Shown: in pieces, positions 37,299 to 51,785 of the stretch
Layout of the letters: each line of letters begins with the position of its first letter
Position numbering within the stretch: position 1 is the first letter of the stretch
Assembly: GCA_030248215.1 (NCBI GenBank)
Contig: JASANG010003930.1
Span: forward strand, 434,001 to 498,000
Length of the DNA: 64,000 nt
Reading direction: 5' to 3'
From: Enoplolaimus lenunculus
Lineage: Eukaryota
Made by a program: the position numbers and the translations under genes
Notes under the pieces: model-generated
Database searches by the model: none
What the model was told of the DNA's origin: nothing
Seen by the model: the letters and a program-made list of their open reading frames with translations, nothing else

Positions 37299-40200
37299 CG
37301 GACTATGACGACCAGTCGTTAGTTAGCAAAGATGGTCGGCTTGGTGCATATTCAGAGGAGGAATATGCTCCTCCAATTAATCCAGGGTCGTACGCATCGC
37401 TATCAATACAACAGCAACGCTGTCGGCTACCAATATTTGACGTACGTATACATGATTATTAACGAAGTTACCGATGCCAATTTTCACAATGCTCTCAACA
37501 AATCCACTGCCATATTTATCTAAGCTATGGAAGGTCTAGCCTTCTGTTCGGCTCAACCGTACCTTGCTCTATACTTGACAAGCGTCTGTGGTGGATTTTA
37601 ATCGACATGTGCTGTGTATATGCTGATAATATACTGTATATGTATAGATTAAACAATATATAATTTAGTTTTAGGCTATTGCAGTGCATAAAGCTACTAA
37701 CCAGCAAACATACATATAAGCACAATCATAGCGCACGCTATGCTGCAAATTTAGTGCTGTTCGTTGTTTAACGCATTTTAGAATCGCAATCATATTTTGT
37801 ACTTGCTTCAAAACTATCAGACATTAGTGGTCGTGGGCGAAACTGGATGTGGAAAGAGTACGCAAATTCCACAGGTATATATAGTTTATATTGTATTCGT
37901 TCGATGCGTTTACTTATAAGTCTGAACTAGGAAATTAGATATGGTACTACATGCGAGTGTTTGGATGCTTTCCTGATTTTATTTTAAAACATCGTCTCTT
38001 ATAATTTACATTGTGGTAGGTTCTCAAACATCTTTCGCGAATCTTTAGCCTTGTATGTGTTTGAGCATTGTATGTGAAGCAATATGCATTTTGCTATAAA
38101 GAGGTGTTTTTCGCTTTGCGTAACACGCAGCGTGTTAAAAGACGTAACGTTGCAGACACTGTTCAAATTAGTGATAGCAGCAAGGTGTTGTGCTTACGTA
38201 TTTTCAGGGATGGGAGTCTCAGTCTCCATAGTCTCGAAAATTCCTGACTTGCGTAGTCTCAGTCTCAGCTTTTGAAAAGTCTCAGGTTTAGAAACTGAGG
38301 CTCCGGCATTGATGTCAACCAGGACTGCCAGTTGTTGCAAATTGTTTTAATATTTGCCAGTAGTAGTGGACTACATGTATTGAGCGAAGCTCAAACACAC
38401 TTAATATGCAAATTAGTTATTAGCTAACCATTCATATATTGGTTTTGGAGGTTTATAAACAATTTATTCAGATTCTTCGCACCACAAAACCCTTCAATAA
38501 CCCTAATAATTAGTGAAATATTTTAAAAAGTCCTAATTTATGCTTATCAATTATGCTAAATGCAAATTAGCCTGTAGCTAATAAACGGCTTAAAATTTTA
38601 AAACCTTAATGCGACGTTAACAACACAGGATAACAAGCTTTCAAACAAAGAAAGTTTACCAAAATCGGTTCAGGGGTTTTTGGGATTGACCCTCAAGTGC
38701 AAACCATAAAACGCTTCGCGAAACTCCGAGCTTCGTTCGGAGTTTTGCTTCGCTTGTTGTTATAAGAAAATTTTATGCTATTTTATAACATTGTTAGGGT
38801 TACAAGCAACCTAATTTCAGTCATAATGTGTATTTGGGTGCGAGCAATCTGAATAAATTATCTACAAACCCTCAAAACCGATAATCGAATAGTTAGCTGA
38901 TACCTAATTAGCATATTAACATAGTTTTAAAGCCTAAATTAGGCCTTTTTACAATATTTCACTAACTATTAAGGCTTAAAGCAATCTAATTTTAGCACTA
39001 AAGGTTTTTTAGGTGCGAGGAATTTGACTAAATTGTTTACAAACCTCCAAAACCGATAAATGAATAGTTAGCTAATAACTAATTTGCATATTACCTTAAT
39101 TGCTTACCTGTGTTCGAGCTTCGCTCAATAAAATGTAGTCCCACTACGACTGGTATTGTTTTTTGAGCGGAATAGGACCTTCAACATTTGTGATTTATGT
39201 TTTTTACATATTTCGGTATTGTGTCAAAAAGTTTCTGAGATTCTCAAAAAGTCTCAAGGCAGTCTCAGCTTTTTCATTGAGACTGTTATCCCTGCGTAAT
39301 TTTCTCAGTTAAGTTGTTATTGGACCAAGCTAAAATATATTTGTTAATAATTAAATAAAACGTACGTGCAGATTTTTAAAGTAGTTGATCAAGTATGAAT
39401 GATAAATGTAAGCCGTTTGTTTCTAAAGGAGTAGGGACTCCCAAGCACGTATCGAAGTGCTATAAAACAGCGCACGTCTTAGAGAATTATTCAGTTTTAT
39501 CCTCATATATACGTTTTGTCTGTAATGTGCGTTGCGTTGTACATGCTTTATTTTTAAGTATTTGTATGAATCCGGATGGTGTGATGACGCAGGCAAACGC
39601 GTAGCAATTTCACAGCCAAGACGCATCTCAGCATTGACAGTAAGTTGTACTCTGTTTATTGTTGATATGACATAGAGGTCAGCTTTCTTGTACATTGCAG
39701 TGCTGATTATTCTTATTTCTCCATTTCAACAAACGAACTCAAAATGAGTATAGTGAATTTCTTTTTCTGGGTTGTTTGCAAAAGCTATCATTTGTTTTGC
39801 TTAGGTTTATGTTTTGCGAATACTTGCACTTTGCTGTGCGACTCTTGCTAGAGTTCAAGACTAGATTATGTTGTTGATTTCGTAACTAAACGGGTCAAAA
39901 GTGATGAAACAAGAGCGGTATACAAAAGTTTTAAAATACTGGATGAAGGTGGAATATTATACTGATGTAGCGTAATACATTTATTGATACTACCTTGACC
40001 TTGATAAATCTGTTGCAGCTAGCATCACGTGTGGCAAATGAACGATCATCAGTCCTTGGTGAACTCGTCGGTTATGCTGTTCGATTTGACACAATGTGTC
40101 AAGAACACACGAAAATTAAGGTAGCATAATAACTGGCCTACCAACTATGCCTAATCTTTTTCCGACACAAGCATAATGGTAATCTCGTGCCTAAAAATTA

Positions 40201-43200
40201 AGCCTTCCAGACTCCAAATGCCAACGTTGCAATCTGAAATAATTTTGCATCCTATAATTTGGTATAATTGGATCACTAAGTTTACGTGGTACTCGTACAA
40301 TTAATAAAGCGTACAATCTTTTTAGAAATTTCTGCGTAACCGAGTCAATTGAAGCATATAAATATAAATGTTTGCTCAAGCTGTTTTGCCGTATTTAGTA
40401 TTGCAACTATGTTCTCTGAACACCACATCTTATATCTTTGGCGTATTAGCCATTCCAATACGTCTCTTGTTTTACTATGGACGTCAACTCCTACTCAGTG
40501 TTTAGCAACCAACTAAAGTGCTTACCTATATAATCCGTGTTTATTTAAAACGGCAACCTACGTAGCTGCTGAAATTGCGAGCGCAAATGAATTGTATATA
40601 ATGAATCGTGAATTAAGTATACACTGGTTATTAAATTTCGAAAATCTTTCATTCGCTGTGTGAACGTTATAGTCTAAGAATTTGTCAGTTTCTGTCGACA
40701 TAGTACCAAATTATTCGTAATTCACAGTGTTTTAAGAGATAAGACTTTAATCACTGCACGAGAAAGTTACGGTGTAATCTTTCTAGTAACCAAACGTTAT
40801 TTTCCAAAGTTTTGATGTATTTTATGCTTACTGTATATTTATATAGTACCTCACTGATGGTGTTATGGTGCGCGAAATAATCGCCGACCCAGTGCTCGAC
40901 CAGTACAGGTATTCGTCTTCTGTAGTTAAGATTTTAATATACAAAATTAATATGATATTTTAAACGTCAGATACGTTGTGTTACTTGGTAAGTTGATAAT
41001 AATGTGTTTCTAAAACAGAAATTGAATGGTTCAGATGAAGAAAGTATGGTCTGGCAGAGTTTTGCTTTCGAGCGAGTTTTGAGGTAGTTAGTCAAGGACC
41101 ACAATTAACACTCCGGTTTTTTTTTAAATTGTTAATCAATAATCATATTACTCGATCAGACTTTCAGTGTTGTTATGGTTGACGAAGCGCACGAACGGAG
41201 TCTCGAAACAGATATAGTGCTTGCGTTGCTGCGAAAGGTACATTTCTTAATTATTATTGATAAGAAAATGTAGCAATGGTACTAGGCGCCATTCTCTCCT
41301 CCTATGTTTATATTCTTTTTATGTAGCATCCCGAAGCACACTTCGCGGATTGATACGCGTAATTTACGTCCTGAAATATATCTTCTGGAACGTTTTAAAT
41401 ATGCGTATTGTGTCAGAAGTATGGCCTGCTATAGAGATGAAGAATAATGGAGTTTGTTGTTTTGGTAAAAAAGCACCCGTTTCGGAAAGCATAGTGTTTT
41501 CAAATATTTTAATCCTGTCACACGAGTCGTTCTGTTTGAAGATTTAAGTAAATTATGAATTGTTTTGCTTGAAACACTATGCTAGTTAATGGTTCTTAGC
41601 TTGGTTAGCGCGTGTTCGTGTGACGAGAGGGCGGTTGTGTATCATAGCTAAGCCTGCAATTGTACGCTAGAAGACATATGGTTGGTAGTGGTCCGAAAAA
41701 CTTGATTTATTAACTTGTCAGCCCTTGGATTGAGTAGCCTGGCTTGGAATGGAATTTTGAACGTGAATTGTCGGTATTTCAGCCTTCGTATTGAGAGCCT
41801 ATGGAGTTGTTCTTGTTATTCAGTCGTTACAAATCAGTATCGTTCGTCAATAAAACATTGATAAAACTGAGATTGCCAGTAGTTGCTCTATATAGTTTTA
41901 CCAAGTTCGTATTCGTATATAGTAACCCAATCCGATCCAGTTGTAAACCATCAGAACAAAAAACTCGAACATGGTCCTTCATAATATGTGAACCACTGAT
42001 TATAATCGTTGTCATCGTCATTATTTGTAATTTGCATCCGGCTAACTGATCTAATTTGAAAAATAAGCTGGTCTAACTATTCTTTATATAGTTTTTGTCG
42101 AAACGTGTAAGGGACCAACTATTGTGGAACAAAAGTTCTTAGAGAGCGGACACATGTCATATATAGCGTGCGATACAATGCATTCAAATATTGAGAGCGT
42201 ATCTAGAGGCCATAAAATTTCTGTTCCGAATGACTGGGTAAATGAGTTAAAACTGGTGTATTCAAACTAACGATTTCATGTAAATGCAATTTCAAACTGT
42301 TTGCGGTTTTTTAGTTCAACAACAAACGTTCTAGTAGTCCACGGAGTAAAATAAAGTGTTTCCGGTTTGACAAAATGGAGGGTTGTATGCTGTAACGGGA
42401 GGAATACTGATAAGACTTTCTGCTTTCCCCAATACCTTGAAGTCGATTTCTCCAGCCCGTGACATGTCGTTCTTCCGGAGATACTTATCTACATTCGCTA
42501 TGGTGAACATATTGTGCACCACTACCGATTACAAAAGGAAAGAAATATGATCTGTTGTGTTTGTGTCGTGAGGGCGTCGTGGGCGAAGCGGCTAGTTATT
42601 TTTATAAAAGTCTAATCTCCATGCGAAGGAACTCGGGATAGATGAGGATGAAGATTCCGGAGTTGAATTGGAGAGTGATGTAGTAAATGCAGAGGTCATG
42701 ATTCTTCTGACGATTCTGATTATGAACCTTTCGTTATCGTCAATGACTAGTACTTGTATAAAAAGTATGTTTGTGTGGTTTATGTTTTACGCTTTTTTCA
42801 TTAACATTATATGTGACTTGCGCCAGAAACACATCACATTTGTCACCGAGAAGTAAGGTGACCCTGAGCAAATGACCCAAGTCAGTGTTTCTCACAACGA
42901 GGCTCTGCGTGGTGTAACAATTTGTGTATGGCAAAAAGGAGTGTTACATAATAAAGAACATGACCGGAATACCAGTTTTTCTATGTCAAGTTACACTACC
43001 ATTTTCACGTAGCCGGCATGAAAGTCAAACATTTCTATGTTGAAAACTATCAAGGTGTATTTTTCTCAAAAAAATACGTTGTTGACTTACGTCATTTGCT
43101 CTGACGGTGTTTGAAAAACAGAAAACCGTGTGCCTCATGCTACGATTGATAAAGAAGAAGCGCAACGGATGCCTATAGTAACTGACCAGAAACACTCCGT

Positions 43201-46200
43201 CTACCTGCTCATAGGAACGATGTGTCATATGATTATATAAGCCAACAAGGCATGATTAATCGCGGTGTCTTGGTAACAGATTCCGTGTGACGTGCTTGTA
43301 AGGAGGATCGTTCGGGTGCAAGTATGATACCTCAGTCTAAAGAGACATTATTGCGCTTTCGCTGTCTCTTTCTATAATTGATAAAGATGAAGTGCAACGT
43401 ATGCCGAAAAGCGCTATAGCAATGAAACAGCGGTCGTTCGCAAGTCACAACGCACAAGTTGCGTTGCTGTGCCGTCCGCTGCGTACGAACTTTTATTGAA
43501 ATATTTACGGTTTTAATAACCAATCAGTCTTGTTTATGAACGTCATGTTTAAATTTCATGAATAATTTTGTATTTTAGATTGCAGTAAAACGACCTCAAC
43601 TTCGCATAATCATAGCATCAGCAACTCTTAATGCAGATGTGAGTTTTAAAAGCTGACGTTGTTAGGTTGCTAATATTTTCCGAATTCAGTATTTAAAATT
43701 TTATGTATCACTACATATTAAGCGATGTTTGTTAGAAATGATGTATCCATTAAGGCTTTCTGCTGTACGTTGAAAGTGGCAGTATGTTTTTTAACTGAAA
43801 AAGAAACTGCTGCAAAAACGATTGTGGCTCAAATTTGTGGAATTTACCTCGATTTTCAACTGATTCCCCCCCCCCCACAAAAGTGAGCAGTAACGTTATA
43901 ACCACTGCTCCAATCAATCAACTAAAATTTATTATTCGTTATGCTTTTATTTGTCGTAGATGTTTCGAGATTACTTTGATTTGAATAAGACTGATGATAA
44001 AAGGTAAGTCTCGTTAAATCCGGCTACATTATGTAGCTACTATAATATCATTTCTTTCGTCATGTATTATTTTGTTAAAATTGCATAAGTTTATTATTTC
44101 AGAGCCAGAGATTTTTGGTACCGGGATAAAAGTCTGGAATAATTCAAATTAGTATTTTCTATGTACCAACTATATACGTTGTGGTCTAAGTGAGCTATGT
44201 TCTGAGTACTGTTGTTGGTTTGAAAGTGTGATGGAACTCAGAAGCGGGTTAAGGTCAACTGGAAACCGAATTTTGCAAAGGCTGCTTTCCATTTCTTCGG
44301 GCATGGGATGAAAAGGTAAATGCAGCCGTATGGATTGTCCTGATGTCAGTGTCTGAACATGCGGTGGCGTTTGACCTTCTTGGTTTTGCAGTGGATTTCA
44401 CCAAAAGTGATAGTGTCATTACACTTTTTTAATGTTGACCTGAACTAAAGTAGCTTCATGCATGCGCCGGTTCGTAAGGTAGAGCCTGGTGGCTGGCTTT
44501 GACAGTTAAAGAATTTACTAATAACATAATATGTATTTTTGTGGAATTTGTACCTAGGTAAATCCATTTTTTAAATTGGTAATTCTCATTGACTTTTTCA
44601 GCAAAGACACGTCAGCGATTCTTAGCGTAAAAGGACGTGTGCATCCTGTTGATGTTTTTTATTCAAAAATGTAAGCACGTTGTCAGATGTTGAAATTTTT
44701 GTAGGTTTTGTATTAAGAATTTGAATTAACCCTTTGTTCAATTTAAACTGCAAACGAATGACAAAAACTTGAAAATACTTAATTTTCTTCAGGAAACCAC
44801 ATAAAGCTGAATGTTCGGCAGCGTTAGTTCAAAATTTGTTAAAACGTAAAAAACCGCCAGAAATTGACAGTATTAACTACGTTGCGCGTCATTACTATTA
44901 CTCTCGAATAGGGATGTGCCGGTACCAGATTTTGCCTATGCCGTTATCGATGCCGATTGTTGTTTTGACAATATACAGATGCTGAAGCCGATGCTGATTC
45001 TTATTTTAATACACGGCTTTTATAGAGTTGATAGGATACAAAATTACATCGTTATAAATAAGGAGACAACCCAAAAAACCATGAAAGATTACATTTTATG
45101 GGAACCGTTCATTTCAATAAATTAATTTTTCAAACACAAAAAAAGAGATAATAATTTCGCTGATCCGACGCACTAATATCCGCCGCCAACAAGAGAAATT
45201 GATAGTATTCCAACTCACTGTTACGTGCAAAAAGTATCGGCAAAGAATCTGCATTTGTTGCAGTGCCGATGCCGATACTCACGAAAAGTGCCGATTATTA
45301 TCGATGCCGATTAATAGGTACATTTCTACTCTCAAATTAACTTTTTGACTCACGTATGCTATAATTTTAAGATAATTAAAAATATGCGAAACCAACGCAC
45401 TCTTTTCGCTCAGTAATTCACCCAATTGTTGCTGTTTATATTTGGTCGCCGAATTGGAATGAACTTAGTGTGTACTTAATATTTTGAATTGGTGCACTTT
45501 TTTGTGTAATTTGGCCATTTCAGCCCTGTTCCGGATTATGTTAAGGCTTCAGTTAAAATGGTTATTGAGATTCACAAACGTACCGGTGATGCTTATATTG
45601 GCGACATTCTTGTTTTTCTCACTGGGCATGATGATGTCGATACTGCGATGAAATTGTTAAGGTAAAATGGTTTCTTATGGTTCTGACATTAATATTTTTC
45701 TGCAGAAACATGTTTGATACGTGGTAGTTGCTAGTTCTGTTGGTACAATATTCGGAAACAGTTTACTCGGATTATGTACCACAGACCATTTCGTATTATA
45801 TTCTGTACAACGACGGTTTGAGACTTCTAATAGCCGCGTTTCCCCGGAATTCATGCAAAACTTTAACACTTTTTTCTGTTTCGGCTTTTCTAGACGCTGG
45901 AACATGAATTTTTGCGGTTTTCAAAAAAATTAACTGATAATTTAAAAATTGAAATGTTGTGTTTTGGAAAGTTATGTTTTCAAAACGGATGTCTACAATT
46001 TGTTCAATATTCCTAATCCATTGATGAATTAAAAATCTGACGCACGGTTTTGTCAGATTGATAAGGACTTGGCGAGGAAATGACAAAAACTTCGCTCAAG
46101 GTATAATTCCGGCTAATTTTATAAATAGTGAAACACCTTTACTGATGAAAATTCTCCAGGAAAATTTAAAATTAAGTTCTGGTCAGATCCTACTTAACCG

Positions 46201-49200
46201 TGTTAACGAAGTTTTTAGTGAAAGTGGCCGTGAATTTGAAAAAAGTCGTCACTACGATAAATTGTGGATTGTACCGATGTATGGAGCATTACCACAGCAC
46301 GAACAGGTACTTATTAGTTGATGAAGATACTATGTGCATTTCGTAACTTTCAACGTTAGAAAACTGTTAGGTAAGTGATACTATTTAATGACATGCCAGT
46401 TTCCGTATGTGATCCTTTGACAAACATAACCAACTTTATTAGATAAGACTTTTTATAAAACTACGAATTATATATTTTAATGTGCATGTGTTTCACAGAT
46501 TGAAAATGGGGCGTTAGCAATGCGGCATACAGCCAGCTTATATATACGTTTTATTGTAAGCTACCAAAATATTGAGTTTTTGGCATAATTCTTGGTCATT
46601 TTCAGATAAAAGTGTTTGATAGTACGCCGTTTGGCACAAGAAAAGTAGTTCTGTCTACAAACATTGCCGAAACTGCTATAACAATCCCCGGCATTGTGTA
46701 TGGTGCGACTGTTTTCTGCATATTATTACTTTTTCGTCGCTGTATTATGTTGGAATTTGTGATATAATATTATGTAAACAGAGCTTTGCTATCGAAATTT
46801 ACTGTCTATTTGACATCTTTGTATAGTGAAAAGATCTGTGACGTATCTGTAGCTGAGGGCCGGCTGACGTAGATTGTTGACGTATAGCGCACCGCGAGAA
46901 ACCCGCCGTTATCTTTTGTGGTTGTTCATAATATTTTAGTGATAGACTGTGGGTTTGTGCGTATCCGATCAATGAATAAAGATACCGGTATAGGTAAACT
47001 TTTTTATGGTCAATTTTTAAGCGCATTTTGAATCGCATCAATAAAATAAAGTTATCAGTATTTAAACAGTATGGGTTATATAGAGTTCAGGCATGGAAAA
47101 TAAAGTATTAAGCTTAGAAAGCGCTAGATTTGCAAGCTGGTCAATAACTTGTCAGAATCTGAAAACTGAAACATCATTGAAATTTCTTAGGACCACTTGT
47201 GCCTGGTAATGTATTTTGTGTTTTTAGGTAATGTAAGCAATGTCATTACTTTCAGAATCTTTGATAACTGTGCCAATTTCACAAGCTTCCGCTAATCAAA
47301 GAGCAGGGCGTGCGGGTAGAATTAAAGCCGGTAAAGCTTACAGATTATATCCAGGTGAATATGTCTGAAGGACAAGAATACCCTTTGGTACTTAAAATAT
47401 TAATCTGTACGTAAGTTATGGCGCAAACTCAAAGTTAATGTTACCAATATACAAAAAATGTTACTCACTTTGGAGATTGCCAGACGGATTGTTGAAACTA
47501 AGGACGAGCGTTAAACTTGCCTAATAGCTGCATAGACTTAGCTATACTTTCATTCATACTCGATACATTAAGACTTATGTAGTTAATAGTTGATAAAATT
47601 TCTCAGAGATTCAAAAATTCGAACATTGCTGGATTTACATATACAATATATTCAACTTATAGCATTGTATAGCAGTATTTCTGTTTTCAGCGTGCAATAT
47701 TGCTGCATAAAAGTATTTTTCATAATTAGGCGTTCTAATGCTTTTAGAGTCAGAGTTTTTCAAGCTTCCATTAGACTCAACTCCTGAAATGCAGCGGCTT
47801 GATTTATCTGCAACAATATTACAGTTGAAGATGCTTGGCATCGATAACGTATTAAGGTTCAATTTTCTCTCGGTTAGTACAGTAAGCTTCAATGTCAAGT
47901 AATCATTATCAACGCGCTTTTTTGCAGTGACGTGATGCCTGTTGCTAACTGCAGCTTTTTAAGCATTTTGTTCTAGCGTTTTGCATAATGATCGGTTTAG
48001 AAAATAAATGCTAGCCAAAAAATTGTTCAGATATGTAGTTATATTATTACTTTTTGGCTCAGAATTGAGCAACACACGCACATGGAGTTATGGCTTTTCT
48101 AGCTTTCGGTCGTTACGCCTAGATTGTACCTGTTTCAGCCACCGTCTTCGTTTGCAATGGTTCACTGTTTGGAGCTCCTATATGCATTGGGAGGTACGAA
48201 TTCCAAGTTTGTCGGTCTGCATTAACCGCCTTTGTCAAAATTAATTTGTCCATCTGTGTACAGATTTTATTGTTATAGGATGTTAACTTTGTAAGCCTGC
48301 TTCTTAACGGCCAACAACCCCATTAGATGCATTGTTTTATAAGTGAAACACATAAGATATCGTCTTGTCCTGTGATGTGGAAGAACGATTAACTCTGTTG
48401 TTTTATACCTTTAGTTTCGCAATGTTTTCAGCAATTGACATTGACTGCAAATTAATCGATCCTCTTGGGCCGCGCATGGCCCAATGCCCTCTTCATCCAA
48501 TGCATTCCAAGATGCTTTTTGCCTCCGGTAACCTTTTGAATTGTTTCTTTAATTGTTTAGTAACATGTGGTTAGACGCAAACTTTTTGTTCAAATCGTAC
48601 ATGTTTCAGTGCTTTTTGGTTTCCGATCGCACCCTGTTGGGTATGAGTGGAACGCAGCGCATACCGACTAAAAACTTAAGAATTCTATTTCTTTGCGTAA
48701 CCATGTAGCCATTGCGCTTCAAAACCACACTCTAATAAAATTAGTCGTATTGGCGGCTGTTTATGATTACTGCGTTATTTGTTTCAGGCGATATGGGATG
48801 TTCTGAAGAAATATTAACGATAGTTGCAATGCTGCAGATCAGAGATCCTTTCGTCTATCCTTCAGGAAAGAAATCTCACGCGGTATACACATTTAGTCTT
48901 TAGTGCTAATGTTTCATTGACGTGTAAATTTTTCATTAATTTTGTGTCTAAAATTAGTACAACGTTATGTATTACAAAAGTTTGACTGACGAACTCGGCA
49001 TGCAATGTGTCAAATTTAGTTTTAGGACCGAATGAAATATCAGTTTAGTGTCGAAGAAGGAGATCATATCACGTTGCTGAATTGTTATAGTGCATTTATG
49101 AAGGTAGTTATTGTGATATAATTTATGTTGCGTTTATCCAGTTGCGATCGAATATTAGCATCAGCGGGGGGCTGTTTCGCTCATTTTGATTTTTTACTTA

Positions 49201-50307
49201 AAAGGTTTTCTTGGCATCTTTTCAGAAAGTTTGTGTCTAAAGTGCGTTTTTCATTTATTATAATTTGGATAAACTTTATAAGCAACAGTTTCAGGCTACC
49301 ACGGACACTACAGTGAAGCCAAAACAATGGTGCGCTGAACATTTTGTCAATTACCAGACTCTTGTGCGGGCCACTGAGGTCCGTGAACAGCTTCAGCGAT
49401 ATCTCCTCCGTTTTAAAATTCCTGTTGTGTCATGCATCGGTATGTCGAAATTAATACGTACATAATTGCAATTATCAGCAAAAACAGTTGGCCTCTTCTG
49501 TCTGTCATGCTGTGCTCAACACTGTTTAATTCAGGGAACAAATTTTGTGATCTTTTAAAACTTCCTAAATATCCCACAGGCGCATGTTAACTATAAGAGC
49601 CTGCCCACTAGGTCTAAGCCTAAGCCTGTGTATAATCCTAAGCGTAAGCCTTCAGTCTCAAGGTCCACCAATCTTCCCGTCTCCTAATGGGCAGGGCAGT
49701 ACAATTAATATGGGCCAATCTATGGATTTATGAATGTACTGCTGTTTTTGAATTGTTATACCGTAGGCAATTCGAATTCAACTGAAACTATCTTGCGATG
49801 CCTAACAATGGGCTTGTTCGCAAACGCTGCCAAGTTGCATTACTCTGGCGTTTATCATCCGATCAGAAGTCCGAAACAATCGTTAACGGTGCACAAAAGT
49901 TCCACTCTCGAATATCGGTCTAAATATCCAGAGTAGTAAGTGTGATTCAATTGTTATTTAAGGTTGATTCACTCCAACGATGCAAGAATACTAATCGGTT
50001 TAACATTCACGAAGTGGTCATTAAATAATGCAGTTTGCGGCATAATTACCCTTTGAATATTATTTTTCTCGAGAAATTGAAAAATACTCAAAGTATTACG
50101 GTGTATCTGAACTATCAGAGCCTTACATTCTTGTATGTAAGCATATAACAAAGTAACTGCTTCTTAACTGTGTAAATAATAGCCATGTTGCATTAGTATT
50201 TTAGCGTGATTTTCACTGATGTTGCCAAGGGCTCGATGCGTGACGTGTCCGCGATTAAATCTGAATGGCTTCTCGAGGGGGCGCCACATTTTTATGAATT
50301 CACTTCG
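37299..50307 (+). CDS. DHX35: DEAH-box RNA helicase DHX35 (multi-exon; first and last coding exons unresolved)
   Basis: 22 phase-compatible GT-AG exons: 37299-37441, 37782-37874, 39559-39639, 40019-40120, 40847-40908, 41168-41237, 43579-43638, 43960-44003, 44602-44670, 45524-45661, 46219-46306, 46606-46702, 46940-46993, 47256-47354, 47748-47872, 48139-48193, 48432-48527, 48788-48882, 49026-49103, 49295-49439, 49767-49935, 50205-50307 (~688 codons). Motifs [41 protein letters not shown], followed by HA2/OB regions. DHX35-type segments recalled from the family: [52 protein letters not shown] 16-nt first exon at 37239-37254 is possible but unproven. Confidence 0.92.
38205..39294. mobile_element. 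hAT-like MITE with AGTCTC repeats, enclosing two DINE-1-like copies
   Basis: CAGGGAT...ATCCCTG termini; 8-bp TSD CGTATTTT / CGTAATTT (7 of 8). Confidence 0.75.
38357..39154. mobile_element. Two oppositely oriented DINE-1/Helentron-like copies in a DHX35 intron
   Basis: 38357-~38755 is collinear with the 61918-63078 element; ~38790-39154 is reversed and ends GCTTCGCTCAAT..GTAGTCCCACTACGACTGG. Confidence 0.75.
42790..43500 (-). pseudogene. Heavily decayed piggyBac-like transposase remnant (C-terminal part) in a DHX35 intron
   Basis: Frameshifted minus-strand fragments [24 protein letters not shown] resemble the piggyBac YN..MGGVD..D..ISYY motif; KCDVFL resembles the Cys-rich tail. Recognised by eye only. 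Confidence 0.4.
44909..45328. mobile_element. hAT-like MITE (GCCGAT-rich family) in a DHX35 intron
   Basis: TAGGGATGTGCC ... GGTACATTTCTA; 8-bp TSD CTCTCGAA / CTCTCAAA (7 of 8). Confidence 0.75.
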
Positions 50308-51785
50308 GTATGTTGAAATATATAATGGGGTTTCTTGTGCATATTTTAGACAATGGGCGTTATATTCTGTGTTTCACGATAAATGTCGTATTTTTGGTGA
50401 TAACTATTAATAGTAGAGCACTTTATTGGTCTTGCTTGTATGTAGTTGTCAAGTGAAATGAACGTACTTTTCAAAAATGTACGATGTGAGCCATTTAGCT
50501 ACTTTTCAAAAATGTACAATGTGAACCATTTTAACGCAACTTTTTGTGTTTACTGTCAGTTTAAACTGACAACAGAAGGATCTGAGTCAATGATCTAGCG
50601 TAACATATACAAGATCTACTGCTAAAGGAAACGCACGAAGCACCGTTACAGTGCGTAGATTTTCGTGATTTTTTTTTAGTTTTGCTGTCTGTTACACATT
50701 AAAAGCTTGAAACAGGTTAGATGCTGGTCAATAATGCATTTTCGCAATAAATATAGGTTGTTTCTTTGTGGCCAACCCTGCGTGTTAGTCTGGTTTTCTA
50801 TAGCAGTCACATGGGGCGCCAAGTTCACTCTTAATTTGATGCAAGCATCCTACTTTAGCATGCATTTTGCCGGTCATTGTACTCTTTACACTGTGAAATA
50901 CCAATATTGGACGACTCCGATGTGCAATCTCATGCACAATGACTTCGAACACAGAGACGTGTTGTTTATAGGGCAAGGGCAAATTTGTTGCCTCTCGTAG
51001 AAAAGTAATTTCAATGAAATTAAAGTATAGGCAGTATATCTCTTTACTTATTTCAATAGTAGGTATAAACGCATAAACGCGCATTAAAAATAATGTTTAA
51101 AACTGACGTTTAATCAAGCAAAAGTGTTGTGCTAAGCGAAATATATTACGCAGTGGTGAAATTTCGTTTTATATCGTAGGAAAAAAATAACGTAACGCTT
51201 GTGTCAATAACACTACAATTTTTGCATGTTTTCGAGCAATTTTTATGCCGAGAAGCGCGTCCGCAGATGCGGCTAGCGACCCGAACTCGTGTACTAAGAA
51301 AAAAATCAGAACAGAGTTTTCATGTATACCTATAGTTCGAACGCGCTGAAAAATTCCAAAAATATAGGTTTTTTTCTGGCGTTGGTCAAACTCACATCAG
51401 CAAGATATGGGTTAAACTGGATGTTTAGGTAATCGGAGTTACATAGCAGGGCAATGTTCAAAGATGTTGACCTGCGAGTCTGAAAAGATAGTTATTCATT
51501 CGCTTAGGTTTCTGTTGCATAGAATATGGAAACAGGTGTTGTTTCAGGACAGAGAAGTACTGGAGAAGCGCATGAAACTGCCATAACATCGTTCGCTTAA
51601 TGTAAGCGAGAAGTTCTATTCGTTTAACGTGCAGTGGGCTACTTCACCATGCATCAATGAATCATGTACATTTTCTTCGGTCTCAGGGATCACTTTCGTC
51701 TGAGAAGTCGGAACTGGACGCTATGGTCAGTTGCGAAGGTTTGCAAGAAGAACTAACTGTTTCAGAAGGTTTTATTACATGGTAA

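Noticed and set aside
50560..51340. Candidate last exons of DHX35
   Set aside because: Several acceptors (near 50560, 50625 and 51180) give short open frames and none is clearly homologous; cannot choose without transcripts.
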